Source: Vicinamibacterales bacterium (GTDB lineage: Bacteria; Acidobacteriota; Vicinamibacteria; Vicinamibacterales; CAVVIG01). From it: a DNA stretch of 64,000 nucleotides. How positions within the stretch are numbered: position 1 is the first letter of the stretch; each line of letters starts with the position of its first letter. The notes under the pieces were generated by a model that did not search any database, was not told the DNA's origin, and was given only the letters and a program-made list of their open reading frames with translations. Shown one piece after another: positions 52,564 through 63,770 of the stretch. The stretch is taken from the NCBI GenBank assembly GCA_965197865.1, contig CBDANZ010000005.1, positions 846,028 to 910,027 on the forward strand, given 5' to 3'. Both the position numbers and the translations under genes were made by a program.

Positions 52564-53555
52564 GGTTGCAGCTCCAGCCTGACGTCGGCCGGCATGCCCG
52601 GTTTCAGCTCGAGCGCCGGATCGTCGAGGATCCGGACCTTGGCGGCGTACACGAGGCGCACGCGTTCTTCGGTGGTCTGGACGCTTTTCGGCGTGAACTC
52701 CGCTTCGGAGGCGATGAAGACGACCTGACCTCGGTACTGCTTCTCCGGGTAGGTGTCGGCGGTAATCGCCGCCGGCATATGCAGGTGCACGGCCCCGACG
52801 CGCGGTTCAGGTACGTAGATCCGGACCCACCGGTCGGCAGGATTCATGATGGTGAGCACGGCCGACCCCGGCGGCACGATCTCGCCCGGTTCGCGATGAC
52901 GCAGCGTCACGATGCCGTCGAACGGCGCGACGATGGTCATGTTGGCGAGCGTAGCGTCGAAGGTGCGGACCGCCGCTTCCGCCTGCCGGACCTGCGCGCG
53001 CCGCGCTTCGATCCGCTCGCGGCGGGGGCCAGCTTCGAGGAGCCGCACCTGCTCTTCAACCTGCGTCACCTGATTTCTGGCGACCTCGACCGACGTGGCC
53101 GACTTGTCGAGCGCCTCGCGGCTGACGGCGCCACCCTCGAAGAGCCGCGTGGTCCGATCCAGGTCGCGCTCGGCGTCCGCCAGCCGCTCGCGCACGGCGC
53201 CTAGCGCGGCTCTCGCCTGCGCAATCTCCTCCGGCCGGGAACCGCGCTCGAGCTCGAGCAGCATCGCCCTCGCCACGGCCACCTGCGCGACCGCCTGGGC
53301 ACGCCGGGCCTTGAGCTCGGTCCGGTCCAGGTGCGCCAGCGCGTCGCCGGCCCGAACGGCGTCGCCTTCTCCCACGTCGAGCGTCGCCACACGTCCGGTC
53401 GCCTGAAAGCCCAGCTGGGCTTCGGTGGCTTCGACCGTGCCGGACGCCACGAGGTCGTTAGTGGCTGGAGCCGAATCGCGCTGGAACTGGTCGCACCCGG
53501 TCAGTGCCGTCACGGCTCCGAGCATCATCGTGACGAGGACGGCCTTCGATTTCAT
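52560..53555 (-). CDS. HlyD-family membrane fusion protein (YbhG-like)
   Basis: Lipoprotein signal, SGTVEA, APFDG, EAEFTPK, LKPGMPA. Confidence 0.92.
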   Translation of the reverse strand: MKSKAVLVTMMLGAVTALTGCDQFQRDSAPATNDLVASGTVEATEAQLGFQATGRVATLDVGEGDAVRAGDALAHLDRTELKARRAQAVAQVAVARAMLLELERGSRPEEIAQARAALGAVRERLADAERDLDRTTRLFEGGAVSREALDKSATSVEVARNQVTQVEEQVRLLEAGPRRERIEARRAQVRQAEAAVRTFDATLANMTIVAPFDGIVTLRHREPGEIVPPGSAVLTIMNPADRWVRIYVPEPRVGAVHLHMPAAITADTYPEKQYRGQVVFIASEAEFTPKSVQTTEERVRLVYAAKVRILDDPALELKPGMPADVRLELQP

Positions 53556-53581
53556 GGCGACACCTTCACCTGCCGCCGCAG

Positions 53582-54916
53582 TCACTCGGGACCGAGCTCG
53601 CCGGTGACGCGCGCCACCTCAATCCGCGCCGCGAGCTCCGCGTACCGCGCATCGACCAGGCTGGCGCGCACCGCCAGCAGGTCGGCCTCGGCGGCCAGAA
53701 AATCGGTCTGGGTTCCTGTCCCCGTGTCGAGGCGGAGCTGTTCGATCCGCGCGACCTCCTCGAACTGCTCGGCCGCCGGGATCAGGCTGGCGCGCCGGGC
53801 CGCGGCTTCGCTCACCGCCGACAGCGCCCGGTCCAGCTCGCCGGCTGATTCGGTCTCGAGCAGCCGAAGCCGCTCAACCGCCACGTCACGCGCCGCGGCG
53901 GTTCGTGCGACCCGCTCGCGGACGGCGCCGCCGTCGAAGAGCGGATACCTGACCTGCACGCCGCCGCTCCACTCGTTCGTGAAGTGGCCGGCCGCGCTCC
54001 CGAAGTCGATGAAAGACCCGACGAGGTCGAAGCGGGGCAGGCGCTCGCTTTCCGCCACGGCGATAGCCGCCTCGGCGACGGCCACCCAGCGTCGCGCTTC
54101 CTGAATCGAGGGGCTGGTCTGCCGCACCGTTTCGAGGAGCCGTGTCTGGTCCGGCGTGCCCTCCGCCGGCAGCTCGAAGGGAACCAGGCGCGCCGCGCGC
54201 GTCTCGTCACGCGTCGCATCGATCAAGCGGGCTAGCTCGCGCTCGGCGATGTCCAAGGCTTCCACGAATCGGACGCGGTTCGCGGTCGCGTCCGCGAGCG
54301 ACGCGGACACGCGCAAGACCTCCAGGCGGGCGGCGCGGCCCACCTCGAGGAGCTGCCCAACGCGTTCCTGCTCGGCCTGGAGCACCGCGATTCGCCGGTC
54401 GTGGGCGTCGAGGATCTGTCGCTGGCTCAGGATGCGCGCATAGCTGGTGACGACCCGCGCCGTCACGCGGTCGCGCACGCCTTCGATAGCCGTGCCGGCC
54501 GCCTCGGCCTGGAAACGGGCTTGATCGATCCGCGCTTCTCGGCCGCCGCCGTCAAACAGCGTGTAGGAGCCGTCGACGGCGGTCTGAAACAACGTCTGGT
54601 CGAACGGAGGGGTGCCGCCCGGCGTGAACCCGTGGATCGGGCTGACGACGGTCTTCTTCTGATACTGATTCGCGGTGGCGCGCAGGTTCAAACGCGGCCG
54701 GCGCGTCGTCTCGACCTCGCGTAAACCGGCGGCAGCCTCCACGCGACCCGCCTCAGCCGCGCGGATTGAAGGGTACCTTTCCAGCGCGCGCTCCACTGCG
54801 TCGAGCACCGTCAGAGACGGCCCGCGGGCCTGCTGGGCCGCGCCTCGCGCGGGCGCCAGAAGGCGACTGAAAGGCCGACCAGGTGACACAAGAAGCGTCG
54901 GGCGGACATGGAGCAC
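53582..54916 (-). CDS. TolC-family outer membrane protein (start uncertain)
   Basis: Two OEP repeats (YTLFDGG, YPLFDGG); first gene of the efflux operon. Confidence 0.85.
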   Translation of the reverse strand: MLHVRPTLLVSPGRPFSRLLAPARGAAQQARGPSLTVLDAVERALERYPSIRAAEAGRVEAAAGLREVETTRRPRLNLRATANQYQKKTVVSPIHGFTPGGTPPFDQTLFQTAVDGSYTLFDGGGREARIDQARFQAEAAGTAIEGVRDRVTARVVTSYARILSQRQILDAHDRRIAVLQAEQERVGQLLEVGRAARLEVLRVSASLADATANRVRFVEALDIAERELARLIDATRDETRAARLVPFELPAEGTPDQTRLLETVRQTSPSIQEARRWVAVAEAAIAVAESERLPRFDLVGSFIDFGSAAGHFTNEWSGGVQVRYPLFDGGAVRERVARTAAARDVAVERLRLLETESAGELDRALSAVSEAAARRASLIPAAEQFEEVARIEQLRLDTGTGTQTDFLAAEADLLAVRASLVDARYAELAARIEVARVTGELGPE

Positions 54917-55439
54917 CTCGCGATCGAGCGATCATCGCTCGGTTTGCGCCGGCCAGCAGAACACACCGCCCGCGCCGAGCGTCAACCCCTGCGCGCGCGC
55001 CCGTTCGAGGACACCAAGGAGCGCCAGCCCTGGGATCTCACGGCGCCTAGACCCGATCCAAGCACACAAGCGGACAGGCTCAGAGGTCTTTCGGCCCGGG
55101 CCTCTAAACTAACACGCCCGTTGATGGCGATCCGTCATCGGGCCGCCTCCTCATGCCGTTGAGGCCAAGTGCCGCGCCGATGGGGACGGCGCTCTCCATG
55201 AGCTCCCCGGCCGTGCAGGCGACGATCCAGCGGCGGTAGAACGATAGGGCATGCCTTGCAGCATCCGCCCCATCCATCAGACGCAGTGTACCCAGAGTGC
55301 CAAGTGCGTACCCTTGCAGCTGACAACATTCCCGGCCCGAAATCGCCGAACCATTCCGTCCACGGAACACCCAGTTGGCGGCGCGGGCGCAGAACATTCC
55401 GCACCCTGCCCCCGGCTCCGCGCGAGCCCGGCATCGGCG

Positions 55440-55600
55440 GTTCAACGCGTCCCCACACGTCGGCATTCGAGGTGTGAATGCCCGCGATGCCGAACACGGC
55501 CCCGGGGGCCACCGTCGCACCAGGCGCGACGGTCAGGCTCCTCACGTGGTCGTAGATGACCTGGTAGGTGCCGTCGGCAATGTTGCGTTTCTCGATCTTG
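55440..55600 (-). pseudogene. M23 peptidase-like fragment
   Basis: YDHVRSLTVAPGATVAPG..G. Confidence 0.35.
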
Positions 55601-55758
55601 GACGGACGTGGACTGGCGTGACCCGGGCACTCCGCGCCTCCGTGCCGCGGTCCTTCGCGAATTCTCATTTCTGGAGCGCGACAGCCCTATCGTCCGATTG
55701 AGAACTATGGGGGCAAGGGCTGCGCGCACGCGCCTCGCAGGTCAGCTAGAGTTCACAT

Positions 55759-56694
55759 ATGACCCTCCATCGGGCTTCGGGCCGATGGCGTCTCGGCCTC
55801 GTCCTCGCCCTGAGCACCGCAGCCTTCTGGGCGACGCTCCCCGTGGCCCTCAAGGTGGCGCTCGAGGTGGTGGATCCGTGGACGCTCACGTGGTTTCGCT
55901 TCCTGGTTGCCGCGGTGCTCATGGGGACTTGGCTCGCCCGGCGCGACAGGCTGCGCGGCTTCGGCCGACTGCGAGGCATCCAGTGGCTGCTTCTCGGCGT
56001 GGCGGCAGTCATGCTGACCGGGAACTACGTGCTGTACCTGCTCGGCCTGCACTACACGACGCCGGGAAACGCGCAGCTGCTGATCCAACTGGCGCCTCTC
56101 CTCCTGGCCGTAGGGGGCATCTTCGTGTTCCGCGAGCGCTTCGTTCGCGGACAGTGGCTCGGACTGTCGGTACTCGTCGTCGGTCTGCTCGTGTTCTTCT
56201 TTGACCAAGTCAGCCTCGACGACAAGGGGACGTACCTCGGCGGCTCGCTTCTGCTCGTGCTCGCGGCCGCAACGTGGGCGATCTACGCCCTGGCCCAGAA
56301 GCAGCTCCTGCTCAACCTCCACTCGACGGCCGTGATGGGCTTCATCTATGGAACGGCTACCCTGATGCTCTGGCCCACCGCCGACCCGAGTCGGCTCCTA
56401 GAGCTGGATCTCTTCCACGCCCTGGCAATCATCTATTGCGCGCTGAATACGCTGGGGGCGTACGGGGCCTTCTCTGAGGCGCTCGCGCACTGGGAGGCCT
56501 CGCGCGTGGGAGCCGTCCTGGCGCTGACGCCCTTCCTGACTTTCCTGCTCATGGAGCTGCTCGCGTGGCAGACCCCCGGATTGATCGCACCGGAGCAGAT
56601 CGCCGTGCTCGGATGGAGCGGTGCCGTGCTGATCGTCGGCGGCTCGATGGCCGTGAGCCTGCTCGGGCGTCGGCCGGCGGTTCGGACCGCCTGA
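55759..56694 (+). CDS. EamA/DMT-family transporter
   Basis: About 10 TM helices, two EamA repeats. Confidence 0.92.
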   Translation: MTLHRASGRWRLGLVLALSTAAFWATLPVALKVALEVVDPWTLTWFRFLVAAVLMGTWLARRDRLRGFGRLRGIQWLLLGVAAVMLTGNYVLYLLGLHYTTPGNAQLLIQLAPLLLAVGGIFVFRERFVRGQWLGLSVLVVGLLVFFFDQVSLDDKGTYLGGSLLLVLAAATWAIYALAQKQLLLNLHSTAVMGFIYGTATLMLWPTADPSRLLELDLFHALAIIYCALNTLGAYGAFSEALAHWEASRVGAVLALTPFLTFLLMELLAWQTPGLIAPEQIAVLGWSGAVLIVGGSMAVSLLGRRPAVRTA

Positions 56695-56893
56695 TGTCCA
56701 ATCGATCGCCAGCTTCGGGCTGGGGCGACCGTACGATGTCGGTTAGCGCCCTTACGCGAGCAGAGCAGCTTGCGCGCGCAAAACTCCGGCAAGCGGCTGC
56801 GTCTACTGCGGGCCCCGAAACAACCCGTTGCAGCCGGGAAGGAAAGCCAAACTCCCGATTTGTGCCACGATCAAGGGGGGAGCCGCGACCCTG

Positions 56894-58306
56894 GTGAGTG
56901 AACCCGGCGAGTCACGCAGGAAGTTCGACCGGTCAATTGTCGAGGGCAGCCTCGGCCGCGCCGTCTGGCGCCTGGCGTGGCCCGCCATGGTGCAGAACAT
57001 CATCGGCGGACTGCAGGGCATCGTCGACCAGGCCATGGTCGGCAATTACGTCGGACACATCGGGAACGCCGCCATCGGCGTCAGCCTCCAGATCTTCATC
57101 CTGGGCATCGTGTTTGTCGCCTCCGCCTTCACCGGCATGGGGGTGCTCGTGGCGCGATTTGCCGGCGCCGGCGATGCCGACAAGGTGAACCGGTCGGTGT
57201 ACCAGGCGATGCTCGTCAGCTTCGTGCTCGCGCTTGGGTTGCTCGCGCCGCTCGGCTACTGGCTGGCGCCGTCGCTGCTGGCCTTCATCAACGCGGCGCC
57301 CGAAGTCCAGGTCGAAGCGCTCCCCTACCTCCGGATCCTGTTTATTTCCAGCATCGGCATGCTCATGTTTTTCATGTTCAGCGGAGCGCTCCGGGCGGCC
57401 GGCGACGCGAGGACGCCGATGCACCTCGGAATCCTGATGACGCTGCTGAACATTCTGCTCAACGTGATCCTCATCCCGTCGTTCGGGACGCGCGGTGCCG
57501 CCGTGGGGACGGCTATCGCGAGCATCGGGGTCGGCGGCATCTTCGTCTGGCTCCTCGTCTCGGATCGCCTCGTCATTCATTTCTCGCGTTCCATGCCCTT
57601 GCGGCCCGACTGGGCAATCATCCGGTCGCTGTTCCGATTCGGCCTGCCCGCCGGCTTCCAGGGCATCGTCATGAACCTGGGAGGCGTGCTGATGCTGCGG
57701 TTCATCGGATCGCTGCCAAACAGCGCCGAGGCGCAGGCGGTGTATGCCGTCGGCTACACGGAACTGTTCTCGCTGGTGACGTGGACGTCGATTGGGTTGA
57801 TGGGCGCCGCCGCGGCGGTTGCCGGTCAGAATCTCGGGGCCGGGCATCCCGATCGGAGCGCCCGCGGAGTGCACGTGGCGTCATTCATCGGCATCAGCCT
57901 GGCCGCCGCGGTAGCGGTTCTCTTCCTTGCAACCCCCGAGCTATTCCTGGCCCTGTTTGGGATGACAGAAGGACTCGTCGTGGATCTCGGCCGTCAGCTT
58001 CTTTCGTATCTGGCCGTGTCGGGTCTCTTCGTGACCGTGGCTCTCGCCTATACGGGAGGCCTCCAGGGGACGGGCGACACGAAGGGCCCGCTCTATATTT
58101 CGATCGTCTCGCAGGTGGTTCTGCCCGTCGGGCTTTGCGCGCTTGTTCAGGCGACGCGAGGGTTGCAGCCGTCCGATATCTGGCTGGCGATCGTGGTCGG
58201 CCACATCGCGCGCGCAGGTTTGAGTGTGCTGCGGTTCCGCCTTGGCAAGTGGAGAGAGATCGCCGTCGACGTGGGGCCGGCGACGCGATATCCGAACGCC
58301 CGTTGA
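56894..58306 (+). CDS. MATE-family efflux transporter
   Basis: LAWP, DQAMVG, RAAGDARTP, GQNLGAG, QGTGDTK. Confidence 0.93.
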   Translation: MSEPGESRRKFDRSIVEGSLGRAVWRLAWPAMVQNIIGGLQGIVDQAMVGNYVGHIGNAAIGVSLQIFILGIVFVASAFTGMGVLVARFAGAGDADKVNRSVYQAMLVSFVLALGLLAPLGYWLAPSLLAFINAAPEVQVEALPYLRILFISSIGMLMFFMFSGALRAAGDARTPMHLGILMTLLNILLNVILIPSFGTRGAAVGTAIASIGVGGIFVWLLVSDRLVIHFSRSMPLRPDWAIIRSLFRFGLPAGFQGIVMNLGGVLMLRFIGSLPNSAEAQAVYAVGYTELFSLVTWTSIGLMGAAAAVAGQNLGAGHPDRSARGVHVASFIGISLAAAVAVLFLATPELFLALFGMTEGLVVDLGRQLLSYLAVSGLFVTVALAYTGGLQGTGDTKGPLYISIVSQVVLPVGLCALVQATRGLQPSDIWLAIVVGHIARAGLSVLRFRLGKWREIAVDVGPATRYPNAR

Positions 58307-58799
58307 AGATCGCCTCGAGTTCCCGTTCGAGCTCTCCCTCGCCGATGGGTCCCTTCACTCGGCCACGGCCCAGTGCAACGTGCGTCCAGATCCTTCGCGC
58401 CACGGTTGACGGCCTTGCGCGCCAGCGGGCGCCCGGCTCGGCCACCCTCAGGGTTGTGACCGCTTCGAATAAACCTGTCGGCCGGCGTGTCTCCGGCCGT
58501 TTGGGCGGCGGCTTCAGCCTTCTCCTTCCACAGTATTCATCGGACTCGATCGATACCGCGCGTCACTTCGGCGCTGTTGAGCGTCGGCGCTTTCGCAGCC
58601 CGCTGCCGACCCAGTAGTAGGCGACCGCTGCACGAGAGCACGTGAGCGCAGCGATCGTCAGCCGTAGGCGTTTGGTCATCATCTGGCTCTCGGGTGGCGA
58701 TCCTTACCACCGGTCGCGTCTTTCCTGTATCCGCTCGCGAATCGCGCTGACCTGCTCCTGCTGTGTCTCGGTCAGATTGAGCGCGCCGACGTACTGACG

Positions 58800-59692
58800 G
58801 CAACCGTTTTCACCATAGGGCCTGGTCATCACCGGGACTACGTGGGCGCAGGGCCCGCGCCAGGGCTGGCCTGGACGTGGGCCGCGCAGCCTGTTCGGCG
58901 GCGGTCGCTCGGTCTTTCGACCGCATGGCCAACGACCTGACCAGTCGCGCGCGCGCTCGAGGCGTCCGACAAGGCCCGGCGCCAGCTGCTTGCCGATGTG
59001 TCACACGAGCTGATGACGCCGCTGACGGCGATGCACGGGTACCTTGAGACACTCACGATGTCCGAGCTGCAGATCGAGGCCGCCACTCGCGGACGTTAAT
59101 CTGGGCATCGTGAGCGACGAGACGCACCGGCTCGAACGCCTCATCGGCGACCTGCTCGAACTCGCGTGCCTCGAGGGCGGCGGCACGGCCATGAGGCGCG
59201 AGCGGGTGAGCGTGACGGCGCTGTTCGACCGCGTGGCGACGCGGCACGAACGCGAGCTTGGCGACCGAGCCGTCCGGCTCGTCGCGCGCGTCGACCCCGG
59301 TGCCGAGCACGTGACTGGGGATCCAGATCGCCTGGAACAAGCCATCCAGAACCTCGCCGCCAACGCGCTGCGCCACGCCCCGGACGGCGGCGAGATCTCG
59401 CTTGCGGCGACGCCGGGCGAGGACACCGTCCGTCTGACCGTGTGCGACACCGGCCCCGGAATCGCCCAGGAGCACCTGCCGCTTGTTTTCGACCGCTTCT
59501 ATAAGGTGGATGCGGCGCGCAAGGCCTCAGGGGGGTAGCGGTCTCGGGCTATCGATTGCTAAGGCGATCGTCGAACATCACGGCGGTACCATCTCGGTGC
59601 GGAACGACAACGGCGCCGTATTTGAGATCGTGCTGCCGAGACCTTCTGAACAAGCCGCCGAAAAGCAGGAGCGCTGCAGACGGGAATTATGA
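58800..59692 (+). pseudogene. Sensor histidine kinase, fragmented by frameshifts
   Basis: DVSHELMTPLT, NLAANALRH, DTGPGI, FDRFYK, GSGLGLSI in different frames. Confidence 0.85.
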
Positions 59693-60259
59693 AGGGTCGT
59701 CAGCTCTCAATTTGATTGCCGTCATCATCAACCCGATCTCCCGCGGCGCGCGCCCTGGGGCAGAGCGGCGCCGCGCCCACACGGGCGCGCGCAAGGCCGT
59801 CAGCCGTCGGCATGTTTTTCGGCCTGAGCACCCGTGGGCTGGCCGAGGACAGGACCCGGGCCGGTTGTAAGACGGGCTCTTGCTATAGCTGAAACATTCC
59901 CGGACCGGTCGCGCACGACCCGCGAGACGCGGTTCCCGGCGCACACGACCGCGCGGTCTGCGTTCAAGACACTGTATTCGCCGAAGTGGGGCGAGCCGGC
60001 GGACGCCGGCTCGCCCTGACAAGGAAGACAAAGACCGAAAACACGAGGATCTATGCTATCTCCGCAGGGATTCTGGGGGCAAGTCAGATCACCTCACCGA
60101 ACGGCTGCCGATCGACGTCGAAGTGTGCGTCTACCGGACGATCCAGGAGGCCCTGACCAACGTCTCGCGCCACGCGCAGTACCGAAGTGTCCCCGGAGTC
60201 GCTCGACGCCGGTGGCTTCCTTATCGAGATAGACGGCGCGCGACGCGTTAGTCAGTTAA

Positions 60260-61186
60260 TCAGGCAACCGGCATGTGGATGAGGTAGTTCATCCCGCCTT
60301 GGTTTAGCCACACGCGCACATATTCGTTGCCCTTCAACAGCTCGGTCCGCTGCTCGTTGTTCCCGGGTCCCGGGCTCTTGGCGACCTCCTGGACCTCCGC
60401 GGCGGTGAGCACGACGGCGAGCACGCGGCCCGTGACTTTCCCGTCGCGGAGAAATTCGATCCAGCGTCCGGTCGTTGCCGGCGGCTGGCCATCGACTGCC
60501 GGGGCCTCCTCGCTCGTCACGCGCAGGCGATAGGTGCCGGCCGGCAACCGATTCCCGTCGGCGAGCACGGCGCGCGGTACCACCGTGCGATCCGGTGACC
60601 GGCGTTCGGCCTCCGTGTGAGCGGCGGTTTCGGCTTCTTGAATCGTGTTGCTGATCTGGCTGGCCGCCTCGCGGGCCGCTTCGGCCATCTGCTGTACTTC
60701 CTGCAGCCGGCCCGCGGAGAGCAGTGCGTCAACCTCTCCCAGCGACGTTTCCGCCGCGGCCACGTCGGTCTTCAGCGCCTCCACCTCCCCTTGGGGAACC
60801 TTCTCGAGCGACGCCGTCGCGTCCCCGAGCGCGCGCTTCGCGTCGGCAGCCACCCGGCTAGCCTCCGTGCGAAGGCGTTCCTTCTCGGTGTCGACGGCCT
60901 GCTGGACGCGGTCGGCGGCCGTCCCCGCGGCGGCGGCCAACTCGCTGACGCTGTCGTACGAACGGGTGAGCGCGAACCTCTGATTCTGCGCTTCCATTTC
61001 GGCGTCGAGTTGAGCCACCGTGTCCTGCGCCGCCTTGTAGGCGTCTGGCGCGTAGAGCACACCTTCGGCCGCCATGGCCTGGACCTTGGCTGTGGCCGCG
61101 TCAACTTCCGCCGTGGGTGGCTGAGCACAGCCTGCCGTCCAGACTGCGAGTGACGCACCAAATAGCACCGCTGTGAGTCTCTTCAT
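60260..61186 (-). CDS. Lipoprotein (DUF4398-like helical N-domain)
   Basis: Lipobox TAGC, ggagg RBS, Ala-rich helices. Confidence 0.8.
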   Translation of the reverse strand: MKRLTAVLFGASLAVWTAGCAQPPTAEVDAATAKVQAMAAEGVLYAPDAYKAAQDTVAQLDAEMEAQNQRFALTRSYDSVSELAAAAGTAADRVQQAVDTEKERLRTEASRVAADAKRALGDATASLEKVPQGEVEALKTDVAAAETSLGEVDALLSAGRLQEVQQMAEAAREAASQISNTIQEAETAAHTEAERRSPDRTVVPRAVLADGNRLPAGTYRLRVTSEEAPAVDGQPPATTGRWIEFLRDGKVTGRVLAVVLTAAEVQEVAKSPGPGNNEQRTELLKGNEYVRVWLNQGGMNYLIHMPVA

Positions 61187-61606
61187 TGGCTTGTCCTCCT
61201 TGTGGCAATCCGGCCGCCCGTCCTCCTCCGCGACTTGCGGAGCTGCGTACTGGCATCAATTGCGAGGGGCAAATCATATGCCATCGGGCAGCGCCTTCGT
61301 TGCCGGGCAGGCTCTTTCGCCGTGAGCAGCCAGCTCGAGCGTGGAAAAGGGGAAGGCATCATGAAAAGCGATCAACAATGGCCGATCGATGCTGACGCGT
61401 CTGCGCCGTCAACACCGACCAGTTTAGGACGCTGAACGCGGTGACGGCGGCGACCACGAGCACCCAAAAAATAGCCCAAGCGCGTATGGCATACCTCCCT
61501 TGCGACATTACTACGAATGAGACGCAAAGGCGATACCAGGCGACTCAGCCCATGTTCTCAATGGGACACTACGCTAACGCAACAAGACCTACACTAAACT
61601 GTCAAG

Positions 61607-61810
61607 TTAGCCGGAGGGTTGCTGGTTCGAGAGGTGGGCGTACCGCATCACCATCCGTAGCCCCCTGTGGCCCAGGAGTTCCGCCACCGCGAGGAGGCTG
61701 ACGCCGGCCATCACGAGCCGGGGCGCGTGGTTGTGCCTGAAATCGTGCCAGCTGAAATTCACGATCTTGACCTCGTTCGGCGCAGTATGAAAGGCGGTCT
61801 TCACGTCCAG
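61607..61810 (-). pseudogene. Tyrosine integrase C-terminal fragment
   Basis: WHDFRH...LLGH...MRYAHLS. Confidence 0.8.
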
Positions 61811-62030
61811 GACCGGTGTGCCCTCGTGCCGTGAGTCGCGCGGATGCAAGAGAAGATGTCCGCGGAGTCGAAATATACGGCTAGTGAGGCCATGTAACGA
61901 AAGTACTGAGTGAAGTGACTATGTGGTCAAGTGACCATTTGGTGAAGTGACTATTATTGTAAGGAACACACCGGGTATGTGCCCAACGAAGAGGTCGAGC
62001 ATGGGATCAACGCGCTGCTGTAACCGATAC

Positions 62031-63770
62031 ATGCGTCGTCAGATCCTGGTGTTGCTGGCGGCCTCGGCCGTGGTGGCGGCGGTTCCCGTCGGCGCGCAGG
62101 TCCGCGCCTTTACGGCGGAGCTGTCGCCGATCGTCGAAAGCGACGACGTTCGGGCAGGCACGACCGTGCGGACGGCGCTCGGCGTTCGCTTGCCTGAAGG
62201 CCTTCACGTCAACTCCAACCAGCCACGCGACCCGCTGCTCATCCCGATCGTGCTCACGGTCGATCCGCCTCCTGGGGTGTCTGTTCTGGAGATCGTGTAC
62301 CCGGAGCCGACAGATCTGCGACAAGAAGGTGCGGACCAGCCGCTCAGTGTCTTTGAGCGCGCCTTCGCAATTGGCGTTCGTTTAGAGCTGGCTGAGGATC
62401 TCGCGTTGGGCCCTCTGGTGGTTCTCGCGCGCCTTCGCTACCAGGCGTGCGACGAAACCGTCTGCTACAGGCCGCTCACGGTCCCCGTGGAGTGGACGCT
62501 GCGCGTGGTGCCTTCGACGGTGCCGGTGGCTGCGCTACACGACGATGTCATGAGCCGGATTGCGTTCGGGCGTGGCGAGGCGCCGCCGGCGGCGCCCGAA
62601 CCGGAAGCTCCACGCGCGGCGTTCTCCAGCCGGCTCGATGGCGTCGACGGGCTCGCCAAGCTCGACGACTTCTCGGTCCTCGCTACAGCGGGTGGCTACA
62701 TGGGGGCGCAGGATTTCCTGACGTTCATTCGCAACGCCGAAGCGGGTGTCCAGGAGCGCGGATGGTTTGAGGGGCGCGGTCCGCTCGCGATCCTTCTCAT
62801 TGTTTTTCTCGGCGGATTAGCGCTGAACCTGACGCCGTGCGTCCTGCCGATGATTCCGATCAACCTCGCGATCATCGGGGCGGGTGCGCAGGCCGGGACC
62901 CGGCGCCGAGGGTTTTTCCTGGGCGCCACCTACGGCGCCGCCATGGCCTTTGTCTACGGCGTTCTCGGCCTCGTCGTGATCCTGACGGCGGGCACATTCG
63001 GCACGATCAATGCCTCTCCGTGGTTCAACGCCGGGATTGCGGCGCTGTTCGTCGTGCTGGCGCTGGCGATGTTCGATCTCGTCCCGATCGACCTGTCACG
63101 TTTCTTGAGCCGCTTCACGGTCGGTGACGCGAAGCGAGGCACGTTCCTGGTGGCATTCACTATGGGTGCGGTGGCCGCGCTGCTGGCGGGCGCCTGCATC
63201 GCGCCGGTGGTGATTCAGGTCGTGGTCTTCTCGAGCAGTCTCTATGCGGGCGGCACGACGGCTGCGCTCGCGCTGCCGTTCTTGCTCGGGGTCGGCATGG
63301 CGATGCCGTGGCCTATCGCCGGCGCCGGAATCGCGTCGCTGCCAAAGCCTGGCGTCTGGATGGCGCGGGTCAAGCAGGCGTTCGGGATTGTTATCCTCGC
63401 GACCGCCGGCTATTACGGTTACACGGCGTACGGCCTGTTTGCGGATCGTTGGGTGGACCCGGCGCAAGTAACCTCGAGTGTCGAAGAGAAGTTGAAGGAG
63501 GGGTGGCACGCGTCGCTCGCCGACGGCCTGGCCACGGCGGAGCGCGAAGGGAAGCCGGTGCTCGTCGATCTTTGGGCGACGTGGTGCAAGAACTGCCTGG
63601 TCATGGACAAGACAACGCTTGCGAACGCGGAGGTGATGGCCGCAACGGCCGGTTACGTGAAAGTCAAGTTCCAGGCCGAGAACCCGGACGAGACGCTGAC
63701 GAAGGAAGTGATGCACCGCTTCGACGCCGTTGGGCTACCCACCTACGCCATTCTCAGGCCGCGCCCCTGA
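62031..63770 (+). CDS. DsbD-like thiol:disulfide interchange protein (DsbD-N + CcdA TM + thioredoxin)
   Basis: YQACDETVC, LTPCVLPMIP, GACIAP, WATWCKNC. Confidence 0.92.
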   Translation: MRRQILVLLAASAVVAAVPVGAQVRAFTAELSPIVESDDVRAGTTVRTALGVRLPEGLHVNSNQPRDPLLIPIVLTVDPPPGVSVLEIVYPEPTDLRQEGADQPLSVFERAFAIGVRLELAEDLALGPLVVLARLRYQACDETVCYRPLTVPVEWTLRVVPSTVPVAALHDDVMSRIAFGRGEAPPAAPEPEAPRAAFSSRLDGVDGLAKLDDFSVLATAGGYMGAQDFLTFIRNAEAGVQERGWFEGRGPLAILLIVFLGGLALNLTPCVLPMIPINLAIIGAGAQAGTRRRGFFLGATYGAAMAFVYGVLGLVVILTAGTFGTINASPWFNAGIAALFVVLALAMFDLVPIDLSRFLSRFTVGDAKRGTFLVAFTMGAVAALLAGACIAPVVIQVVVFSSSLYAGGTTAALALPFLLGVGMAMPWPIAGAGIASLPKPGVWMARVKQAFGIVILATAGYYGYTAYGLFADRWVDPAQVTSSVEEKLKEGWHASLADGLATAEREGKPVLVDLWATWCKNCLVMDKTTLANAEVMAATAGYVKVKFQAENPDETLTKEVMHRFDAVGLPTYAILRPRP

